The notes beneath the pieces were generated by a model. That model saw nothing but the letters and a program-made list of their open reading frames with translations. It searched no databases and had not been told where the DNA came from. The position numbers were made by a program, and so were the translations under genes. From Atractiella rhizophila (taxonomy: Eukaryota), in the NCBI GenBank assembly GCA_021432655.1, contig MU271380.1, positions 33,184-77,795 on the forward strand: a stretch of DNA of 44,612 nt. The letters are read 5' to 3'. Below are positions 35,670-44,612 of this stretch, one piece after another. The first letter of the stretch is position 1; every line of letters starts with the position of its first letter.

Positions 35670-38048
35670 CTACTTTCCGAGCTCCTAGCCCCAAGAGGAT
35701 TACAAAGCTTATTGTTCCTAATGTGTAAGCAAGGTAACAGTGTCGATCAAAAAGTGGTTCGCATGGCAGCGGCGGGTATTGAGAGGACTTAGATCCTTGC
35801 GACGAGGAATCTCAACAAATTGGTGCTTCTCTGCCGCTCAACTCATCCGCATATTGAACGGTGGCAAAATCTATGAAGGGGTGGAAGATGTGTCACAACC
35901 CGTCCTTCCTCCCCCAATCTTCCCGGTCAGTGGAGCCAAGCCGGTTTCGGCTAACGATCAGTCCAAGCCTTCGGAAAGCTGCGTAAGCCTGAGGCTCAAA
36001 GTTGCATTGAACATCAGAAGGCTCGAGAACTGCCTCCAGTAACTCCCTTTCCAATCCGTACATGGGCGCATCCACCCCGGCTGGGAACGGGAGTTGGGCA
36101 CGTCAGTGGCGTCACACAGGAGTGGACATGCATCTCGGCTAGTCATCAAATATAAGATGGTTTGGATGACGCCCATCTCGTCAAAGGAAGGGTAAAGGCC
36201 ACCCGCATTATACCCGTTTTCAAGTTCGTTTGTAATACAAGTTTATTTTCGAGTATGGAAAGGTTTGCGGCTCGCCAGATGAAGGCGCCACCACTGGATA
36301 GAAATACGGCGTGTCGCGTATGTAGGTCTCGAAAAGTTCGGTAAGCATTCACATTCTGTTTCTGTATTTCGCGTATGTGGATCAAAGCGCGTTTTTGATG
36401 ACCGTCTCGTTCCGTATGCAGGTGTGACGGTGTTCGGCCAATCTGCGGTTCGTTCTCCACCCCAGCTTAACGCGTTCAACATCACCTCACCGAGATAGGG
36501 AATCGCTGATTTAAAATGGATAGGTACATGTATTCGGAGCGCCAGAGCAAGAGGACTTCAGCCTGAAGAAATGAATTGCACTTGGCCTCCATCACCTTCG
36601 ACTTCTCGCTCGAGCAGCAGCGCACCGTTACGTGGACGAAGCCATTCGTTCGGCAGCTCATCAAGTTCCCGCGTCCCTTCGGACGATCAAGATGGAGAAA
36701 GGATCGCGCAGCTGGAAGCTCGAATATGTAAGCCATGCTCTTTGTTCCTGGTGATGGATTGACCAATGCCGAGAAGCCAGATTGGAAATGATGGCCGAAC
36801 ACAACCTCAATCTCCTAGGAATGATGCAACAACAACTTCCACCACTCCCCAACCTCCAACTCCCCCAGAATCGTCAATTCCCAACCTTGACATCGATGGC
36901 CCAAGATTGGACGCTCGCAAATGAACGAGGCGTTGACTCTTCCGCTTCTGGTTCACCCCGCACAACGGTCTCATCGGACACCAACCTGGAAGACCTCCTC
37001 CGCTCTTTCTCTCAAACAATGGGATCGGAATCCATGGCAGGTACGCAATGGGGAGCGGGACAGCAAGACGAAGCAGAAGCGAGAAGGGGAAGTGATGAAA
37101 CAGTGAGAGGGAACGAGGATCAACGGCAAGCTTAAAGTTTGGTTTTCTCTTTTTTTGGAAGAAGTGGCGGGTTTCACGCTGTCGTTGTAAGATATTGTGC
37201 GTATGTGTGTACTATATTGGCGAGACATGGATCGGGCGGAACAGACTTGGGATAGATTAATGTCTCCCTTCAAGTTGTGGGCTACACCACATACCGGATA
37301 CAGCAGGATTATGTACCCACGGATTTCATTCCTTTTCTGGCTCAGGTTATGTCATTTGTATTTGTACTCTCTTTCAAACGCTCAACAGTGCATCGTCCAG
37401 TGCTTGTGTATTGTTAATACCACATGAACTGAGCATTTCTTTGGAGCTCTGCAAACGCATCCCTCGGCACAAAATCCTTGGTAAATGGCGCACTTACGCA
37501 CTTTCCCCAGAACCACATAAGAATCTGCAGCCTATAACTCCTACATTCTGACTATCATGAACCTTTCCAACCTCATTCCATCTCAGCCCTACTATGATAC
37601 CAGCCCACAAAAACAGAACATGCCATCATTGAGTCAGAGACCTAACCCTACTTCGGTGTGGAGTACAAGTCATCACCAACAACCACTTGCCACATCCATC
37701 GAACGACCATCAGACCACCACCCAATCCACTCCCACGCACTCCCAACATCCAACAGACAACATGGCGATGAGCATGCCCTTTCCAGCACGCAACCCTAAC
37801 ACTCAGCCCGACGAAGAATCTGCCCCTGCCCCCTCCAACTCTACCAAAGTCGTGCCTCAGGTACATCTCCCCCTCACATCCCTCCCCCTTTCCTTCCTCC
37901 TAATGTACAGCTTTTCTGACATACAGCAGGATCTTGCCGTCCGCTTGATCTGTCCGGACTGTAATCGGAATCCGCCGAATTTGGTGGAGGAGTATGGGAG
38001 TGGTGATGTCGTGTGTGCGGATTGTGGATTGGTCGTTGGTGATAAGAT
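35595..38048. repeat. Tandem segmental duplication, copy 2
   Basis: Junction GGTGATAAGAT-A-GAAGAAGCG at 35593-35595. The copy ends inside TFIIB exon 2. Confidence 0.97.
36255..37135 (+). CDS. Short Zn(II)2Cys6 transcription factor, copy 2
   Basis: Same exon structure as 33800-34680 shifted by 2455; no coding difference seen by eye. Confidence 0.9.
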
Positions 38049-39528
38049 TGTGGATACGAGGAGCGAATGTGAGTTTTCGTCCTTCTCTTTCTTTTTTTTT
38101 AGTTGTTGGCGACATTGCTTGGTATGAACTTCACTGGTGGCAAATTGTTTCACTTCCCTTGTTCCCTGAGGATGAAAAGGGGAGATGTATAATTTGACTT
38201 ATTCCACATAACGCCCTTTTTGGTCAGGGTTATTGAAAAAAAAGAGTAATGCCTCTGCCCATTTTCCTGCTTTCCGTATGCTCGTCATGCGCATTGGTGG
38301 AGGCGTGGTGGCAAAATCCCGTGTTCGCCTGATGACTAACCGTATTCCACACCGATGGAATACGTGCAACACCTACCGTTGCTACGTACCTACGGGGATT
38401 GTTTGTTGCTTGATGAATGTAATGGCGAACGTGACGAGGAACGTTGTAAATTGTTATTCCGTCCATACACCTCATCCTACCTTGTTAATCAGTAACGAAT
38501 AAACGAACAAGTACTGACTGAGCTTTGTGTCCAGGGCGAACATTCGCCAACGACGAAGGCGACGACCCATCGCGTGTCGGTGGCCCTTCCAACCCGTTCC
38601 TCTCCACAGCGGACGATTTCTCGACTGTGATTTCCTTCCGGGACAACCACACGGGGACCGCGCGCGACCTTCAACGTGCGTCTCAACGCGCGGCGCAGAA
38701 GGGAGGCGAGAAAAATCTCGCAAACGCCTTCAGGGATATTTCCAACATGTGCGACCTCATTCAGCTGGGAAGGACGGAGGTGGAGACTGCGAAACAGATC
38801 TATAAGCGGGTCGAGGACTTGAAGCTGCTTAGGGGTAAACCCATGGAAGCCGTCATTGCTGCTTGTGTCTTTGTGGCTTGCAGACAAGGAAAGGTACCGA
38901 GAACGTTTAAGGAGATTTGTGCAGTTACGAAGGTGAAGAAGAAGACGATGGGCCAGTGCTTTAAAGCGCTCGAAGAATCGTTACAGCTCTACGGTGACGG
39001 TTCAACGGCTTATACTGGCTCCAAAGGTCACACGGCTGAGGACCTATTGCCGCGTTTCTGTTCTCATTTGGGCTTGGTAGCCCAAGCTGGAGGACGTGGA
39101 CAGACGCATCCGACGATTGGATACACGGAGATGGTCGCGAGAGAAGTCATTCTACGTGCTCAGGCCAAAGGCATCCTCGCTGGAAGATCACCCATCTCTG
39201 TTGCGGCAGCCGCTATCTATTTCGGTGGACACTTGATTGGATTGGGATTGGAGACGACGGATGCGAAGGGGAGGAAGACGAAGAGGGTGGATGGGATGAG
39301 GTTGAAGAAGATCGCTGATGAGACTGGTGTTAGCGATGTTACGATCAGGAACGCTTTCAAGTACGTCACCTCGCCCTTCCCGACCTTTGTTTGATGTGAT
39401 GGAGATGCTGACGGTTTTTTGTGTGGAATAGGTTCTTGAAGGAACAGAAGGAGGATGTGGTCGATCCTAAGTGGTTTGAAGAGTCTAGCAGGGTCAAAGC
39501 GAACTTCGATTGGTTGCCGGCCGCTTAA
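37762..39528 (+). CDS. SUA7: General transcription initiation factor TFIIB; 4 exons
   Basis: Exons 37762-37860, 37927(or 37930)-38068, 38535-39360 and 39432-39528. Zinc ribbon CPDC...CADCG, B-reader DTRSEWRTFANDEGDDPSRVG, and cyclin repeats (ACRQGKVPRTFKEI, GRSPISVAAAAIY, GVSDVTIR). Confidence 0.97.
38276..38445 (+). ncRNA. Candidate structured RNA element inside the 466 nt TFIIB intron 2
   Basis: Perfect 9 bp hairpin 38341-38364, 5 bp hairpin 38366-38382, enclosing helices 38315-38322/38392-38400 and 38281-38288/38431-38438, and a competing helix 38323-38329/38424-38430. No RNA family recognised. Confidence 0.5.
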
Positions 39529-40236
39529 GCTACGCCTCACGCTATCAAAGCAACTATTCGCTCATTCCCATCGTTGCGCCGTTCCTCTCTCTTCACCCTC
39601 GACGCACGTCATCATACCTCACACTCTCCATATCCAATAATGATTTGACCCGATTTCGAATTTCACTGTTGTCATATCCCGAGATATGCACCCTTTTTCT
39701 TTATTCATAGTTCATATTACAAAGTACACATTACTTCTTACACCCTAAAGGTCCAAAAACGTAGAAAACCACATACTCAGGTAGACAAAAAATCATGTAT
39801 AACTGTCCAAACTTTTCATCCTCATGCTCGAAACTTCATCACCGTACATAGTTTCTATAGCATATACCCCTCCCTTCCACCTTTGACTTCATTCCTACTT
39901 CATCTGTGTGATGATATGGCGTGTTTGCGTTTGCTGGATTGATTCAGTGTTGTGCTTCGTTGCGAACTTGTTGGAGAAAAGTGTAGTTACGAAGAGGACT
40001 AGAATTGATCCTGTGGTGGTTTTGGGAGTCCCTTACTACTCTTGCTTTCAGTTCCTGCCTCAAGTTCCAAGCTAGGAAAGACATCATGATAAGTAATGAC
40101 ATTGAATATTGAGCAATGAGAAAATGTACTTGACAAATGAAGTGGATATAGATCATGATATGATCATGCTGTTTCTCTGTGCCATCCCTTCTATAGAACC
40201 ACTTATATCCAGAGGCCTGGCAACGTTGCGTGACAT

Positions 40237-42566
40237 CATCCTCGTACAAATCTCACCCCACGTAGACGCCGTCTCCCTCCTTCCTAAACCTCCCATCACG
40301 TCTCCCACACTTCGCCAGGCTGCACTCTTCTCGACTTCGATCTGTAACGACCCACATCAATGTTAAATAGATAGAGGGATGAAGGGAGAAGGGAGACGTA
40401 CCCAGTTCTCTACCAGGTAGTTGATTTGGAGATGTCTTACCTCCTCATGCCTGGACGAAAAGGTAGAGAAGACCTCAAAGGCGACATTGGACGGGCTGAG
40501 ACGACGCAAGATTGTGTCTCTTGCCTCATCTCTAAGCTTCACAACACCGTACACTGACACATCCACATTCAGCAAGAGACTCTAGAGTAAAGACAGAAGG
40601 AAGGAGGGGAGACAGACTGTCAGCGATCCGAAACACGCTCTTGGGGCTGACGGGCAAAGGCCATCCCCTCTGTCTCGGGACGAGAACACCATTCCCATTC
40701 AAGCCGTGAGTGAAGGTCCGCTTCCGCGGCGTAGAGCCCGTTTCCATGGCTAATGCGCGAGCGTGAGAGCGGAGCGGAGCGTAGAGGATGGAGCCTGTGA
40801 GGAGGTAGAAGATGAGGGATCTGTACGTCGAATAGCGTGTGTGGGTGATTGGGATCTGTTTGATTCGGTTCCCTCCTCCTCCAGTCGGTGGTGGATTCTA
40901 TGTTTCACAACGAAGTATTAGAATCCGCATATAATCCATGCTTCTGAGGATTCCGATATGGGAGAAGAAAGGACGTACGTATGACTTCAGATATTCCCTA
41001 TCGACTTCCACGTCTGAATCATCCTCGTCCTCCACCTCGCCTTCGTCTTCATCCTCAAATGTTGATCCGTCGCTCTGGAAGTCCATCCTCGAGCTATTCC
41101 GCCGCAATGTTTTCTCGCCTGGGGCAGGAGAAAAGTAAGCTGATCCTTCGCCCATTGCTTTACCCTGGTAGGCAAGCGGCTCCGATGAAGAATAGGAAGA
41201 GGCGGCTGAGTTGTCGTCGAGGTCTGCTTCTCACTCGTCGGCGTACGTTATAGACGACAAGAATAAGACGAGTAAATGAAAGAGTCGAACCTTCATCGCT
41301 ATCCCCCCCTTTAACCGTTGGTTCCAATCCTTCTCTCATCCCACTATCGAACACTATGACTAAAGTTAATGCCAGAATGCAACTTGAAGTGGAGAAATGA
41401 ATCTGAAGCGATCGTAAGAGAACTCACTGAGACCAAAATACTCCGAAAAAGCCGCCAACGTCCTCTTCTGACTATAAACTTTCATCTCCTTCACCTCCTC
41501 CTCCACCCCATTTCCCTTCAAGGTCGTTCCAGCCGGGAGATTAAAGACGAAAGCGACATCCGCCAGCTCATGATTGTCGAACACACCCAGGGCCAACGTC
41601 ACATTTCTCCTTTGTTCAGCTTGCAACCTGCCCTCGAGGTCTTCGATCCTTTTCGGAGGATGATCCATCCATGAACCCCCCTCCACGATTTTGACGATCA
41701 TGATGAGAGAGTCCTGCACCAACATCGTCAGCGACATTGGCTGCGCTGTATGCCAGGGAGGACGATGAGAGACTGTTGGCCACTCACAGTCGCCCGAACA
41801 TCCGCATGCGTGGTCCAAGGCTCGATGGCGGGGCTCCTAACGAAGGAGCGTCGTCCATAGGACGAATTCGCCTGAGTGAAATCCTTCGGATGTCCATCGT
41901 GCGTCTTGAGTTCATCACGGGAAATGGGGTATCGCAACTGTCCATCCCGTGCCATCAGCGGTTTGCAGGAACAGGAAGGGGGATGCGCGTGATGCGCACG
42001 GAGAAGGAATAGCCGCTTATGGATCGTGTCCACTTTTTCGTCTGTGGATCCACTTCTGATGGTGTCGGGAGAGCGTTTAAGAAGACGTCGATTTCTTGAG
42101 AGGCGTTTGTGTTTAATCGCACCTGCATCACATCATCAGTCAAACGACAAAGGACAACTACACTTCTAGCTCATAGCACGCATCCAATGGAAACAAGGAG
42201 CAGAGAAGATAAAGCTCCCAAGCGAGGAGGCATGTGATGGGGGAAGAAAGGGAGAAGAAGAAGACGCACTAACCACCGTCCACCTCCAAAAGGTGGACTC
42301 TTGATCTTCGTCGGGTTCTCCAATAATTTGGAAACGTCAGGAATGGTCCATACGTATTCTATCTCTGTCGGCTTTTGGTTGTCAGGAACAAGTACATGCA
42401 CATCAGTCGAAATGCACAACACAACGATTGTCAAGTGAGAAGGTGAAAAGAGAACAGGGAAACGGACCTGCGCAATCGTTGTACCGTATGGATAAATCTT
42501 TGTAGCCTTGTTCTCTTCCACGTTCGCATTTGCGGTTGCGCCTGGCGCAGGAGGGTCAACTTCCAT
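40237..42566 (-). CDS. MATH- and BTB/POZ-domain protein (SPOP-like Cullin3 adaptor architecture), multi-exon; 3' end uncertain
   Basis: MATH-like YVWTIPDVSKLL...IKSPPFGGGRW; BTB ADVAFVF...VYSQKRTLAAFSEYFGLMFDSGMRE; ITHTRYSTYRSLIFYLLTGSI; SPKSVFRIAD; LSPSNVAFEVFSTFSSRHEEVR. Confidence 0.85.
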
Positions 42567-44612
42567 GCTTTCGTGACTTGTGCCTATGATTCGTTCCAGA
42601 GCGTGATGGCTCCTATGATGATTCAACTTGTGATTGGACGCTGCTGGGGCTTGAAGGAGTCTGGGAGACTGGAGAGGCTGGGAGGTGCAGTGCAACGGTT
42701 AACGTCCAGAACGGAGAAGTTGAAAGACAAGGGCAATGTTTTGGTTCCGGATTTCCTCTTCTGGAACCGCGATCTTAGTTCGAGAATACGCTTCCTCTCA
42801 CGCTCCAGTGGATGTGTCAGGCAATTAGAGGAGGCAATTAGCTTTGTGGATTAGGACGGTTCTATTCTAGGCCAGGTTATGGTTACTCGCTTATGGGTGG
42901 GTATCGAAATGACCTGGAGGGAGAACAGTTGCTGCTTTTTGGATATTTCTTCTTGGTAGTGCGGCGTCTGCAGAGCAGGACATTGCTATTCAAACTCTTA
43001 AGAAATGGGACCTTTTTGTCCACCGTCGTACTAAATTCGTTCCTCCTCTTGTTCTTCCTAGTTATTACCACAGTCTCTCAGAAATAAAACTAATAAACCC
43101 CAATAAGGATGATACTTTTCTATATTATTGTTAGTTTGCGTTGCAAAGTTCGATATGCAAAGCTCGATATCCAGCTCAGAGCAGCTGACTCGAAAGAACA
43201 CAAACTAATATGTGCCGTGTATGCCAAGATAACAATTTCGAGTCTGATTATAAGTTGAGTTTGCGAGTTTGATTGTAAGTTGAGTTTTCAAATGAAGATG
43301 CTGTTTTCCACTCTAGAATACATGTCCCTAGGCTATTTCTAAGGACACCTGAAACATACATACGAAACAAGCTGGTCCAGTATAAATCTAGCACAAGGGA
43401 GGATGAATGAGTTCGTGATATCGATTCTATGTGAAGGCTGGTCGACCGTCTCATTTTTAAATGGAAAATTCAACAGCACAGCTGTCTGCAAAGGTTGAGA
43501 TAATGGGACAAATCGAAAAGGAAGTGCCCATCCTTATGTGTAAAGCACGAGCTGAGTGAATGCTGGCATTCAAAATCCTGAGCTCTCTTTGGAGAAATGA
43601 GATGAGTTGGTGCATTTTATTTCCTCCATTTATTTCCTCCGTCACACAAGTCATCTCACGTAGTACGCAGGGTGTGCCACAAATTTTGGACGCTGCTATA
43701 CGGCATGATAATACTACGATGACGTGAACAAGAGGAAGAGGAAGGATGGCATAACATAAAACTTTCTTTATCAATGATGGCAACAGTGGAAGAAGAGCGG
43801 CATCAATTCGTCAGTCCTACGGAATAAGAAATTGGCTAAACGCGAGAGAAGGAACGTCAATTCTCACTCATGCTGCCGTCTTGTCTTCCATTGCTGTTAG
43901 GCATGTGCAGTGTGCCTCGACTCGCTCGGTGTGCAATGAATGTCTTACGAGTAACCTATCAACGTTCGTCGCCGAGCAGATAACATAGGATCGAGGTGCA
44001 GCCGGAAGACGCACCAAGCGCAAGAGAGACAATCCTGACAAAAATCAAGAGTTCCGCCGATATACGTTGAAAGAGATACACGAGTTGCCAAGGTAGTGCA
44101 GAAGAGGGACTGCTTCTGGCATTCAAGTTGTCTTCTCCGCCTCGACTTGCCTGATCCAACCCGACCACCCTCACTGAGCACAGTTGCGGACTGATCGGGA
44201 TGATGAGTCGACGTCAGGATTAGAGGCTTCTACATCTCCTTAATTGTTTCTGAACAGAAAACGTCACAACAGTTCCGGGCTAGACTTCAACGTTGAACTC
44301 GTGCGAAGACTTGAGACCAAGCTCAAGGTGCAGCTCGGCTTGACTCACTCAGGGCTCAGGACTGGAAAATCATTTGCAGTAGCTAAGTTTGAACTCTTTC
44401 AGGAAAATCCACCGTCTCTTACTTACTTTCACTGTACCATGTTCTGCATCCATTCTCAAGCATCTAAGCAGAGCTAGAAGCAGATTGATGGGTTTGGTGA
44501 TGGCAGCGCGATAGAAAGGAAAGTGGAAGAATGATAATCCCAAACTTAGGGATCGACAATCGCGTTCCAAGCGTAAGGCCCGATGACGCGACGTCACTTC
44601 ACAACACATCGC

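Noticed and set aside
24089..37135. Methyltransferase + MFS transporter + Zn2Cys6 factor + secreted protein as a secondary-metabolite cluster
   Set aside because: No backbone enzyme (PKS, NRPS, terpene synthase or RiPP oxidase) in the window, and all four families are common in fungal genomes.
38320..38400. Hammerhead ribozyme suggested by CTGATGA followed by hairpins
   Set aside because: No GAAA after stem II and no properly placed UH cleavage site.
42880..44612. Broken minus-strand leucine-rich fragments (e.g. LKEFKLSYC, CPALQT), possibly another F-box/LRR relic
   Set aside because: Multiple stops and no continuous alignment to anything in the window; cannot be supported without a search.

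Overview
Eukaryotic, intron-rich fungal DNA. The 45-70 nt GT-AG introns with CTAAC/CTGAC branch sites and the gene content point to a basidiomycete (inference). In order: an intronless F-box-like gene running off the left edge (-); a TBC Rab-GAP (-); a frameshifted paralogue of the F-box gene (+); a Q/N-rich ARID protein with a Med15-like C-terminal half (+); a small CxxC..CxxC/coiled-coil gene (-); an intron-containing tRNA-Val(CAC); a large VPS9-like protein (+); an orphan secreted protein (-); a 14-exon LaeA-like SAM methyltransferase (-); an MFS transporter (-); a ~2.45 kb tandem duplication; full-length TFIIB (+); and a MATH-BTB protein (-). The duplication doubles a short Zn2Cys6 transcription factor and creates a promoter-bearing, zinc-ribbon-only TFIIB fragment. 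The best novelty candidate is the TFIIB locus: its 466 nt second intron holds a compact multi-helix RNA structure with competing pairings, an internal branch-point motif and a possible in-frame cassette exon in the B-reader. All gene models were spliced by eye, and no database searches were run.
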